From: Candidatus Krumholzibacteriia bacterium | Lineage (GTDB): Bacteria; Krumholzibacteriota; Krumholzibacteriia; JAJRXK01 | DNA length: 64,000 nucleotides | NCBI GenBank assembly: GCA_041484665.1 | Contig: JBGPIA010000001.1 | Span: 995,582 to 1,059,581, forward strand | Direction of reading: 5' to 3' | Part shown: in pieces, positions 16,872 to 26,079 of the stretch | Layout: every line of letters starts with the position of its first letter | Numbering within the stretch: position 1 is the first letter of the stretch | Notes under the pieces: generated by a model | What the model saw: only the letters and a program-made list of their open reading frames with translations | The model's database searches: none | Told to the model about the DNA's origin: nothing | Made by a program: the position numbers and the translations under genes

Positions 16872-19022
16872 CTAGTGCGCGGTCCCGATCCCCGTTGCGG
16901 CCTGCGCCCCGCTACTGGGCCCGACACTCGAACCGGTGACCTCGTCGGCCAGGGCCGCCATGCCGTAGATCTTGCGCAGTGCCTCCATCAGCCCGCGCGA
17001 GTCCACCGCCACACAGCGCGCCTGCTCGTCGGACCAGCCGAAATCCCAGATGAACGACTGGATGTTGCCGTCGAACACCAGCCCCACGTATTCGCCATCG
17101 CGGTCGAGCACCGGGCTCCCGGAATTGCCCCCGATGATGTCGTTGGTCGTGACGAAATCGAGGGGGGTCGTCAGATCGAGGTCCTTCACGGCGCCCGCGA
17201 CGCGCGCCGGCAGCTCGAATGGACGGCGGCCGCCGAAGCTCGCCGCCCGGTCGTAGAGCCCGTAGAACGTGGTCTTCCACGGCACGTCGGTCGTGAGCTG
17301 GGTGTAGCCAGCCACCTTGCCGTACGAGAGCCGCAGGCTGCCCGTTGCGTCGGGATAAACCGACTTGCCGTCGAGGGCGAAGCGCGCCAGGGCGATGCGA
17401 GTCCCCTCGAGCGTCTCCACGCTCTCGACGTGGTCCTCGGTCCACGCGCGCAGCTCGCGGTAGGGCCCGTCGATGCGCTGTGCCCACTGGATCAAGGGAT
17501 CGCTGGAGGCCGCCACCGCTTTGCGACCGCCATCCAGCAGAGTCCGGCGCTGCGCCACGTCGGCCAGCCGCGTGCCCGCGATCAGCTCGTGCGAGACCGC
17601 CTCTGGCGTGCGCCCTTGCAGCGCTGCTCGCACGAAAGCGTCGTCTTGACCCAGCTCCTTCAGGCACATCGCCAGATGGGCCGCCAGCATGTGCTCCTCG
17701 AGGGCGGGATAGATCGGGGCAGGGGACAGGAGCTGGAACCGCTGTGACTCGAGATTCGAATCGCGATACTCCCGGAACCGCTGCGCGTTGGGCTTCTCCA
17801 CCTCGGCCGTCCAGCGCACCAGGCCGTTGGCGACGTCCAGCAGCCGGCACACGCGCGTCAGGTCGCGGTACCGCTCCTGCCGGCTGCGCTGGGCCATCTC
17901 GCGCTGCGCCTGGGCGATGCGGTCCCAGGCATCGCCGCAGGCCAAAGCCAACGCCGGGTCCTTTGCCACGCGCGAACGCAGGGCGTCCTCTTCGGCGCGT
18001 TTGGTCGCGGCGAAGCGGGGGTCGCTGAGGATCTCGAGGAAGCCGCGCTCGCGCTTGAGGTTGTTCTCCAGGCTGCGGATGCGGTCCTGGGCCTGGCGCG
18101 CCTGCTCCGGGCCGGCTGCGGCGAACGCGCGGTAGGCCGCCAGCCGTTGCTCCTGGATGTGGATGCGAGCGGGCCGCTCGAACTCCCGCTCGTACTCGAG
18201 CCGGGCGAAGGTGAGTCTCCGCGCGGTGCGGCCGGGGTTCCCGGCCACGAACACCAGGTCCCCTTCCTGCACACCCTTCGCGCTCCAACGGATCCAGTGC
18301 TCGGGCCGCACGGGCTTGCCGTCGTCGTAGACGCGGAAGAACGCAAAATCGAGATCGTGCCGCGGATACGAGAAGTTGTCGGCGTCTCCGCCGTAGAACG
18401 CGGCCTGCTCCTCGGGAGCGCAGGCCAGCCGCACATCCTTGTACGTCCGGTAGCGGTACAGCCAGTACTCGCCGCCCTGGTAGAGCTCGACCACTTCTGA
18501 CTTGAGCTTGGTGCGGACGGTGGACTCCTTTTCGATCCCGGCGATGGCGGCTTTGCGCAGGGCGTTCTGCCGGGCCACGGGCGCTTTGGGATCGATCGCC
18601 GCGCTGACCTTTGCGGTCACATCCTCCATCGACCACAGCACCTTCAGCTCCAGGTCGGGACACCTCATCTCCTCGGCTTGCGTACGGGCGAAGAAGCCGT
18701 CGTGGACGTAATTGTGCTGCGGGCTGGAGACCTTCTGCAGCTGGCCGAGGGCGACGTGGTGGTTGGTGAGCACCAGCCCCTCCGGCGAGACGAACGCGCC
18801 GGATCCGCCGCCGAAGTTGACGCACGCCTTCTGGACGTGCTCGATCCACTCGGGTGTAGGTGTGAATCCGTAACGCTCCTGCAGCTGCGCCAGCGGGAGG
18901 TTGTCGAAGGTCCACATCCCCTCGTCGGCGCGGGCTGCAACCGCGCCCAGCGCCAGCATCAGGACGGCAAGCGCGCCCAACGGCGCGGCGGCGGGGTAAC
19001 GGGTCGCTCTCATGCGTTGCAT
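16872..19022 (-). CDS. S46-family dipeptidyl peptidase, exported
   Basis: Signal peptide then ADEGMWTF; GSGAFVSPEGLVLTNHHV, DFAFFRVY and TNDIIGGNSGSPV. Confidence 0.93.
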   Translation of the reverse strand: MQRMRATRYPAAAPLGALAVLMLALGAVAARADEGMWTFDNLPLAQLQERYGFTPTPEWIEHVQKACVNFGGGSGAFVSPEGLVLTNHHVALGQLQKVSSPQHNYVHDGFFARTQAEEMRCPDLELKVLWSMEDVTAKVSAAIDPKAPVARQNALRKAAIAGIEKESTVRTKLKSEVVELYQGGEYWLYRYRTYKDVRLACAPEEQAAFYGGDADNFSYPRHDLDFAFFRVYDDGKPVRPEHWIRWSAKGVQEGDLVFVAGNPGRTARRLTFARLEYEREFERPARIHIQEQRLAAYRAFAAAGPEQARQAQDRIRSLENNLKRERGFLEILSDPRFAATKRAEEDALRSRVAKDPALALACGDAWDRIAQAQREMAQRSRQERYRDLTRVCRLLDVANGLVRWTAEVEKPNAQRFREYRDSNLESQRFQLLSPAPIYPALEEHMLAAHLAMCLKELGQDDAFVRAALQGRTPEAVSHELIAGTRLADVAQRRTLLDGGRKAVAASSDPLIQWAQRIDGPYRELRAWTEDHVESVETLEGTRIALARFALDGKSVYPDATGSLRLSYGKVAGYTQLTTDVPWKTTFYGLYDRAASFGGRRPFELPARVAGAVKDLDLTTPLDFVTTNDIIGGNSGSPVLDRDGEYVGLVFDGNIQSFIWDFGWSDEQARCVAVDSRGLMEALRKIYGMAALADEVTGSSVGPSSGAQAATGIGTAH

Positions 19023-19150
19023 GTGCCCTCCAGATCGCGCGCCAGCTTGGCTGCGGGGTCGAGCGCCCGGCGGCCGGCGCGGGTCGTTCGGCCGCGCGCT
19101 CGCCAGGGCTGGCGCGGGGTTCAGGACGGTGGCCGGCTGGGGGCCGGCAC

Positions 19151-19954
19151 TCAATGGAAGATGTCCACGAAGAAATCGAGCATTGCCTTCCAGGAAAGAC
19201 GGTCGGCCTCGGCGTTGTAAGCCAGCCCCTCCAGTCCGTGCGCGTCGGCGCCGGGGTTGGTGAAGCTGTGCTTTGCCTTGGCGAAGGACATGAACACGTA
19301 ATCGGCCCCGGCGGCGTCCATCTCCTTCAGGAATGCCTCGACGATGTCGTGGGTGACCATGGGATCCGCCGCGCCGTGGCAGATGAGCAGCCGGGCCTTC
19401 ACCGCGCCGGGCTTGGCGGGCTCGATGGGGTTGAGGCTGCCGTGGAAGCTCACCACACCCTTGAGGTCGAGGCCCTGGCGCGCCATGTTCAGCACGACCC
19501 CACCCCCGAAGCAGTAGCCGATGGCGGCCAGGCGAGCCGCATCGGTGTGGGGGTCCTTCTTCAGCACGTCGAGGCCCGCCTCAAAGCGCGCCTTCGCGCC
19601 CGCCGGATCCTTGGACACCGCCATGGCGAACTGGCCAGCCTCGGCCGGGTGCTCGGTCGTTTGGCCGTCGCCGTACATGTCAGCCGCCAGGGCCACGTAA
19701 CCGGCCTCGGCCAGCATGCGCGCGCGCTGCTTGGCGTAGTCGTTCAGCCCCCACCACTCGTGCACGACAATCACTCCGGGGCGCTTGCCCTTGACGGCGT
19801 CGTCGTAGAACAGATGGCCTTTGAGGTGCGCGCCGCCCGCCTCGTAGCTCACCGGTACGGATTGGACGGCGGCGCGAGCGGGTGCGGCGGAAAGGGCGAG
19901 CGAGAGCGAGGGGATCGTCAGGACCGTGAGGATCGACCTGGGAGGTCTGCGCAT
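19151..19954 (-). CDS. Dienelactone hydrolase family protein, exported
   Basis: VHEWWGLN, IGYCFGG, FHGSL and AKHSFTNP; AGGAGA RBS; signal peptide. Confidence 0.92.
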   Translation of the reverse strand: MRRPPRSILTVLTIPSLSLALSAAPARAAVQSVPVSYEAGGAHLKGHLFYDDAVKGKRPGVIVVHEWWGLNDYAKQRARMLAEAGYVALAADMYGDGQTTEHPAEAGQFAMAVSKDPAGAKARFEAGLDVLKKDPHTDAARLAAIGYCFGGGVVLNMARQGLDLKGVVSFHGSLNPIEPAKPGAVKARLLICHGAADPMVTHDIVEAFLKEMDAAGADYVFMSFAKAKHSFTNPGADAHGLEGLAYNAEADRLSWKAMLDFFVDIFH

Positions 19955-20029
19955 CGGTTCTCCTGCGGCGGGGGGTGCTGGCTTTGGACTCCATTCAATA
20001 CCATGGATCCGGGAGCCGGGCAAACCATC

Positions 20030-20113
20030 CCTCCCATCGAGGATGCGCAGACGCACATGTCCCGGCTGCGGGAGCGAGTACGACAGCGTGGTGCCGCTCT
20101 GGAGGGGATTCGC
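20030..20113 (-). pseudogene. Relic of an FlgD-Ig-like C-terminal domain
   Basis: ANPLQSGTTLSYSLPQPGHVRLRILDGR resembles PNPFNPRTTISFALAHAGRATVRVYDVAGR seen at 59684-59950. Confidence 0.55.
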
Positions 20114-20126
20114 AGCGTGGGGCCGC

Positions 20127-20588
20127 TCAGTGCCCCGCCTGGCGCGTGAGCACGAGCGTGAGCTGCGCCGGGTCAGCCTGTCCGTCATTGTCGAAGTCGT
20201 ACTCGGCGTCGGCCCCGCCCAGGCGCAGCGAATCGCCCGACAGCTGTACGCTGAACTGCCACGACCAGGGCATGCCGGTCGGCGTCACGCTCAGCACGCC
20301 GCCATCGAGCATCCAGGTGGCCGTGGTGATCTCCGGGCTGCCGCCCAACCGCGTGATGGTCAGCACGTAGGAGTTGTCCGCGCCGATCGTCAGCGTGGCC
20401 GTGGCGCTCGCCTCGATCAGATCGATCCTCACCGACGCGTTGATCCGGCTGCGATACTCGACCTGGGTGGCCTCCCAGTTGCCGATGATCCCGTTGCGCA
20501 GCGGAGCCGTGGTTTCCTCGTCGCTCCCGCACGCAGCCACGGCGACCACCAGCGCGGCCAGGACTCCATGACGCCATCCGGTCTGCAT
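20127..20588 (-). CDS. Lipocalin-like lipoprotein
   Basis: Lipobox VAAC, IIGNWEATQ beta-barrel start, GGAGG RBS. Confidence 0.7.
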   Translation of the reverse strand: MQTGWRHGVLAALVVAVAACGSDEETTAPLRNGIIGNWEATQVEYRSRINASVRIDLIEASATATLTIGADNSYVLTITRLGGSPEITTATWMLDGGVLSVTPTGMPWSWQFSVQLSGDSLRLGGADAEYDFDNDGQADPAQLTLVLTRQAGH

Positions 20589-20788
20589 CCGCACCTCCGC
20601 GCGAAAAGACGCTCCCGCGCGCCTGCGGGCGCGCCGATCCTACCTCCTTTGCGCTGCGCCGCCCCAGCGAATTGCGCGCAATCCGCTGGATCACGCAGCA
20701 GCAGGACCTCACATTTCAAGAGCGCGCGGGCGATTGTGGTGCCGCGGTCCGGCCGGCGCTTGCGGCCCTGCACCGGACTCGCGCGCGG

Positions 20789-22114
20789 TCAGCTCCGTTC
20801 ACCGTCCAGTGTCTCCTCCACGGCCGGGCCTCCACCGGCCAGTCCTGCCGCGGGGTCCCCCATCGCCAGCTGCTGCGCGTGGATCAGCCGGCGCCCTTCT
20901 TCACGCAATGCGGGCAAGCGCCGCGAGAACGCGGCAGCGGCCACGAGGCAGATCGCGCCTCCCGCTCCCACGGTCGCCGGTGCGCCGATCCTCCCCGCGA
21001 CGATGCCGGCCAGCAGCGCGCCCACGGGCGCCATCCCCAACATCGTCATCGAGTAGACTGCCATGACCCGCCCGCGCAGCCGATCGGGCGACATGCTCTG
21101 GATCAGGGTGTTCGTGGCACCGATCTCGATCATCATGGCGAAGCCCACGATCACCAGGATCGCCACGGACAGGTGGATGGAGCGCGACAGCGCGAACAGG
21201 ATGAGGGCCGCGCCGAAACCGCCGGCGGAAACGACCACCCAGCGTCCCAGCCCGCGCACGCTCTGGCGCGCCGCCAACAGCAGCGCGCCTGCCAGCGCGC
21301 CGGCCCCCGATGCGCCCATGAGCAGGCCGAGTCCGCGGGGTCCCCCGTGCAAGACCTTGTCCGCGAACACCGGCATCAGCACGCTGAACGGCATCCCTGT
21401 CACACTGACGGCGCCCAGCAAGATGAGCAGCGCGTGGATCGGCGCGTGACCGATGATGAAGCGGAAGCCTTCGGTCACGTGGGCCAGTGCCGAGCCCCCT
21501 CGCGCGGCCCTGCGCTGCGGCGGGATGCGCATCATGATCAGTCCGGCGATCACCGCGAGATAGCTGATGCCGTTGGTGAAGAAGCACCAACCCTCCCCAA
21601 TGCTCGCCACCAGGATGCCCGCCACTGCCGGCCCGACGATGCGCGCGCCGTTGAACATCGACGAGTTCAGGGCGATGGCGTTCATCAAATCGGCCCTGCC
21701 CACCATGTCCATCAGGAATGCCTGCCGGGTGGGGACGTCGATCGCGTTCACTGCGCCCAGCAACGTGGCAAGGGCGAAGATGTGCCAGATCCGCACCCAC
21801 CCCGTCAGGGTGAGCAGTGCCAGCACCAGGGCCAGCGCCATCGAGGCCGTCTGGGTGACGATGACCACCCGGCGACGATCGTAACGGTCGGCCACGATCC
21901 CGCCGATCGGCGACACCAGGAACACGGGAAACTGCCCGGTGAACCCCACCAGCCCCAGCAGCACCGTAGAGCCTGTGAGCCGGTAGACCAGCCACGACTG
22001 CGCGATGCTCTGCATCCACGTTCCGATCACGGAGATGAGCTGGCCGCCCAGGAACAACTGGAAATTGCGGTAGCGCAGGGCCCGGAAGGTCGCGGGGAAT
22101 GGGATCGCGCTCAC
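20789..22114 (-). CDS. MFS transporter
   Basis: FRALRYRNFQLFLGGQLISVIGTWMQ, GGIVADRYDRRR and RLRGRVMA; about 12 TM segments. Confidence 0.93.
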   Translation of the reverse strand: MSAIPFPATFRALRYRNFQLFLGGQLISVIGTWMQSIAQSWLVYRLTGSTVLLGLVGFTGQFPVFLVSPIGGIVADRYDRRRVVIVTQTASMALALVLALLTLTGWVRIWHIFALATLLGAVNAIDVPTRQAFLMDMVGRADLMNAIALNSSMFNGARIVGPAVAGILVASIGEGWCFFTNGISYLAVIAGLIMMRIPPQRRAARGGSALAHVTEGFRFIIGHAPIHALLILLGAVSVTGMPFSVLMPVFADKVLHGGPRGLGLLMGASGAGALAGALLLAARQSVRGLGRWVVVSAGGFGAALILFALSRSIHLSVAILVIVGFAMMIEIGATNTLIQSMSPDRLRGRVMAVYSMTMLGMAPVGALLAGIVAGRIGAPATVGAGGAICLVAAAAFSRRLPALREEGRRLIHAQQLAMGDPAAGLAGGGPAVEETLDGERS

Positions 22115-22151
22115 GGCATCTGAAGGGACCGGCTGCGGGGTGGCCAGTGGC

Positions 22152-23726
22152 TCAGTTGTACGACTTCATCATCGACCAGACGTCCGGCAGCCGCTGCTTG
22201 AGGTTGCGGCACACGTAGATCTTGAGGTTGTTCTCGTAGGGCATGCAGTAGCGGGTGCTGACGCTGTCGGCCACGACGACGCTCTCGAACTTCTCCTGCT
22301 TGTCCTTCAGCTCGCCCCCCAGAATCAACACCAAGTCACCGTTGTACTGGCGCGGTCCCCAGAGCCAGTAGCTGTTGTGACAGCCGATGCTCTTGGGGAG
22401 CCCGTACGCCGCGCCGAAGAAGTCGATGGCGGCGCAGCGGCCGTAGTTGTCGCCGAAGATCGCGCACTTCGCCCGATCCTGTGCAGGCAGCGCCTGGTAG
22501 ACCCGCGCGACGGCCTTGGCCTTGTCCTCCCAACCGAACATGTCGGCGTAGTACTGCGGCAGCTCGGCCAGCTCCTTGCCCTCGGCCGTGGACGGCGCGA
22601 TGCCCAGCGCCTGGGCGTAGCGGAGGTAGTTCGAAACCGGCAGGATGGGCAGCACCGCCGGCGCGAAGATCAGGCCCGCAGCGAGCAGGCACAGGTAGGC
22701 CGGCAAGAGCCAGCGGCGCCCGCGAGCCGAACACCAGCTCTCCAGCGCGACGCCGCCCGTGGCGAAGAGCATGGAGTAGCCGGGCGCCAGGTACTCGGCC
22801 TTGCTGTGCCGGTTGACGACCAGGATCACGAACGCGGTCAGGTAGACGATGCCCAGCGGCCGGAGTTCCCGGGCACGCCGGGCGCCCAGGCAGAACACCA
22901 GCCCCGCGGCCCACAGCGGCAGCGTCACGGGGTTCTGCAGCCGAAGCTGACCGGTCAGAAACGAGAGAACGGAGAGCCCCGCGTACTTGGTGCCCGATGC
23001 GTTGCGCATGAACTCCAGATGCGCCAGCCCGTGCCGCAGGTTCCAATATACGTAGGGCAGGAAGAGCAGCGCTGCGATCAGCCCCGCGATCCAGGGCCAG
23101 CGCGTGCGCAACCACTTGCGCTGCGGGGTCAGCACGAGCGCGGCAAAGATGCCCGCCGCCAGCCACAGCACGCTGATCTTGTTCAGCAGGCCCAGCCCCA
23201 CGACCAGCCCGAGCAGGGGCCACAGCCGGGCCTCTCCGCTCTGGATCAGGCGCACGAGCAGGTAAGCCGCCGCGACCCACAGCAGCAGGTCGAAGCCGTT
23301 CATCGAGTAGATGGCGTCGATGCCGAGGTGGATGAGTGACACGACGCTGCCCATGGCGGCCAGGGCCACGGCCCACCGGCCGCCGCCCAGCCGCCGTGCC
23401 AGCAGCCCGGTGAGCAGCACCGTGGCGGCGCCGGCCAGCGCCGGCAGCAAGCGAACCGCGAACAACGAGTCGCAGAGCAGCGCCCGGGTGCCGGCCAACA
23501 GGTAGATCGAGAGCGGCGGCTGATCGACATAACCCAGGTCCAGGTGCTCGCTGCATGCGATGTAGTACAGCTCGTCGCGGAACCAGCCGTAGCCACCTCG
23601 GGCGTTCACCAGCAGGTGCAGCGCCAGTTTGAGCAGCACCAGGCCGAGCAGGATGGCCAGCGCGCCCTGCTGGCGCGCGCCCGCAGCTCCGTCGCTTCCC
23701 GCGGTTGGAGATCGCTCGGCCGTCAT
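22152..23726 (-). CDS. Glycosyltransferase family 39 (PMT/ArnT-like GT-C)
   Basis: YGWFRDELYYIACSEHLDLGYVDQPPL, GLGLLNK, NYGRCAAID and HNSYWLWGP. Confidence 0.85.
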   Translation of the reverse strand: MTAERSPTAGSDGAAGARQQGALAILLGLVLLKLALHLLVNARGGYGWFRDELYYIACSEHLDLGYVDQPPLSIYLLAGTRALLCDSLFAVRLLPALAGAATVLLTGLLARRLGGGRWAVALAAMGSVVSLIHLGIDAIYSMNGFDLLLWVAAAYLLVRLIQSGEARLWPLLGLVVGLGLLNKISVLWLAAGIFAALVLTPQRKWLRTRWPWIAGLIAALLFLPYVYWNLRHGLAHLEFMRNASGTKYAGLSVLSFLTGQLRLQNPVTLPLWAAGLVFCLGARRARELRPLGIVYLTAFVILVVNRHSKAEYLAPGYSMLFATGGVALESWCSARGRRWLLPAYLCLLAAGLIFAPAVLPILPVSNYLRYAQALGIAPSTAEGKELAELPQYYADMFGWEDKAKAVARVYQALPAQDRAKCAIFGDNYGRCAAIDFFGAAYGLPKSIGCHNSYWLWGPRQYNGDLVLILGGELKDKQEKFESVVVADSVSTRYCMPYENNLKIYVCRNLKQRLPDVWSMMKSYN

Positions 23727-24236
23727 GGGAGTGCGCACCGCCCGGGGGTGGGGGTTCAGTCGGATCTGGACCGGCGCGTCGGCCGGCCCCTGGGGTCCGC
23801 GCGAGGTGGCGCGTCACCCGGGGGACGACGCCCTGCGTGCGCGGCGCAATCCAGCGCCGCCGCCGGCATGGTACCGCCCCGAGTGCTGCGCTCTCCAGTG
23901 CATCGTCGGTCCCTCGACTATCCCCGCCCGCGGGGCATCGCGCGTCTGGCACGGGTCCGACCGAGAACGGCCTCGACCGACCTGCGGAGCGCGCCATCAC
24001 TCGCGGTGATCTTCCCCATTGGACGGGGCATCATACCCCATCTTGAGCGCTCGCCGCGGCCCGCGCGGGCCGGCTGCCGCGCCGCCTCCCTGCTTGCAGC
24101 CGGGAGGCACTCGCCAACGGTCCCCAAGGGAACGGGCGCCGTGGAAAGCTGGGTTCGATGCCGCGCCTCGACAAGGGCGAAACCGGGTTCAACGTCACCC
24201 TCGCTGGACGCTCGGCGTGGGTGACCACCACGTAGG

Positions 24237-24265
24237 TTGACTGCCGTTGCCGGTCTGCATAGTGT
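24237..24265 (+). promoter_or_regulatory. Putative sigma70 promoter of the pnt operon
   Basis: TTGACT-N17-TAGTGT; preceded by the inverted repeat GTCACCC...GGGTGAC (24194-24224). Confidence 0.5.
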
Positions 24266-24422
24266 TCAGGGTCGTGCTTTGCGTCCGCCCTACCCTTTGC
24301 GAGCCGCTGCTGGCGCGCACGCGCCTGCTCGAGCCGCACTCGCTCCCGAACCATCACTCCGCAAGGAGAGCAGCGGTGTCTCAAGCCGTCTTCGCGCCCG
24401 GCCGATACCGGAGGGCGCAGCC

Positions 24423-25589
24423 ATGAAGATCGCCGTTCTCAAGGAGACCCGGCCCGGGGAGCACCGCGTCGCCGTGGTGCCCGAGTCGTGCAAGAAGCTG
24501 GTGCAGGCCGGTTTCACCGTAGCAACTGAAGCTGGCGCCGGCGACGCAGCCTACTTCTCGGATGCGGCCTATCAGCAGGCCGGAGCCGCGGTCGAAACCG
24601 ACGCGACCGCGCTGCTGGGCTCCGCAGACCTGGTGCTGAAGGTGAACCCGCCGACGACGGCGGCCGGACGCAACGAGGTCGACTGGATGCGCCCCGGTGC
24701 GGTCTTCCTGGCCTCCCTGATGCCCTTGCGCAATCACGAGGCCGTCCGCGCGCTGGCCGCGCGCAAGATCACCGCCTTCTCCACCGACGCCATCCCGCGC
24801 ACGACCCGCGCCCAGGCCATGGATACGCTCTCATCGATGGCGAACATCGCCGGTTACAAGGGAGTCCTCATCGCGGCCACGGAGTTGAACAAGTACCTTC
24901 CCATGCTCATGACCGCCGCGGGAATGGTGTTCCCAGCCAAGGTCTTCGTGGTCGGAGCTGCCGTCGCCGGGCTGCAGGCCATCGCGACGGCGCGACGCCT
25001 GGGCGCCAACGTGGTCGCCACCGATGTGCGCCCGGAGGTCAAGGAGCAGATCGAGAGCGTCGGCGCGAAGTACGTGGGCATCGAGCTCAAGCAGAGCGCG
25101 GCGGCTGGCGGCGGATACGCTAAGGAGCTGACGGAGGAGGACAAGCTCCGTCAGCGGGAGCTGTTGGCCGAGCAATGCGCGGTCGCCGACGTCGTGATCA
25201 CCACCGCGCTCATCGGCGGCGTGTTCGCCCCCAGGCTGATCACGGCGGACATGGTGCGCCGCATGCAGCCCGGGTCCGTGCTCGTCGACCTGGGGGCCGA
25301 CGGCGGCGGCAATTGCGAGCTTTCCCGGCCCGGGGAGACCGTCGTCGTCAACGGCGTCAAGATCATCGCGCCGTTGAACGTGCCGGCCAGTATGCCGACG
25401 CACGCGAGCCTGCTCTTCTCGCGGAATCTGCTCGCCTTCATCCTGGCCTTCACGAAGGACAAGGCGTTCCAGCTCGACCTGGCGGATGAAATCCAGAAGG
25501 GCGCTCTCATCACCCACGGCGGTGAGGTGGTCCACGCGCGCACCAAGGACGCGCTGCAGGCGGCCAGCACGAGCAGCGCACGGGCTTGA
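24423..25589 (+). CDS. pntAa: NAD(P) transhydrogenase subunit alpha, part 1 (domain I)
   Basis: MKIAVLKETRPGEHRVA, IPRTTRAQAMDTLSSMANIAGYKGV, GGGYAKE and GGNCELS. Confidence 0.95.
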   Translation: MKIAVLKETRPGEHRVAVVPESCKKLVQAGFTVATEAGAGDAAYFSDAAYQQAGAAVETDATALLGSADLVLKVNPPTTAAGRNEVDWMRPGAVFLASLMPLRNHEAVRALAARKITAFSTDAIPRTTRAQAMDTLSSMANIAGYKGVLIAATELNKYLPMLMTAAGMVFPAKVFVVGAAVAGLQAIATARRLGANVVATDVRPEVKEQIESVGAKYVGIELKQSAAAGGGYAKELTEEDKLRQRELLAEQCAVADVVITTALIGGVFAPRLITADMVRRMQPGSVLVDLGADGGGNCELSRPGETVVVNGVKIIAPLNVPASMPTHASLLFSRNLLAFILAFTKDKAFQLDLADEIQKGALITHGGEVVHARTKDALQAASTSSARA

Positions 25590-25644
25590 TCGTTCGCCCG
25601 GCCCTGCAGCGCCGGGCCTGTGGATTGAAGGGAGAGGCACCAGG

Positions 25645-26079
25645 ATGTCGCGACGACTGATCCAGCGGGTGGGCGTGCTGCTGTTGACCGCCTCGCTCGG
25701 CCTCGGTGGGCTGGCCGGCTCGTCCTTTGGACAGGCGGCTGCGCCGAAAGCGGCGCAGCCCGCGCACGGGCAGCAGCTCGACTTCATCTCGATGCTGTTC
25801 GTATTCGTGCTGTCGACGTTCATCGGCATCGGCGTGGTCCGGCGTGTCTCGCGCCTGCTGCACACGCCGCTGATGTCCATCACCAACGCCATCTCCGCGA
25901 TCGCAGTCGTGGGGTCGATCCTCGTCACCGGATCGGACTATCCGCTCCACATCCGCATCCTGGGCTCGATCGCTCTGTTCGCCTCCATGACCAACATCGT
26001 AAGCGGCTTCCTCATCACCGATCGCATGCTCAAGATGTTTAAGACCCGCGACGAGACTCCGAAAGGAGGCCAGAAGTGA
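25645..26079 (+). CDS. pntAb: NAD(P) transhydrogenase subunit alpha, part 2
   Basis: LHTPLMSITNAIS and NIVSGFLITDRMLKMF; carries an extra signal-peptide-like N-terminus. Confidence 0.93.
   Translation: MSRRLIQRVGVLLLTASLGLGGLAGSSFGQAAAPKAAQPAHGQQLDFISMLFVFVLSTFIGIGVVRRVSRLLHTPLMSITNAISAIAVVGSILVTGSDYPLHIRILGSIALFASMTNIVSGFLITDRMLKMFKTRDETPKGGQK

Noticed and set aside
24120..24200. tRNA-like GGTTCGA and riboswitch-like GGCGAAACC strings
   Set aside because: I could not build a cloverleaf, acceptor stem or c-di-GMP-I second stem from the flanks.
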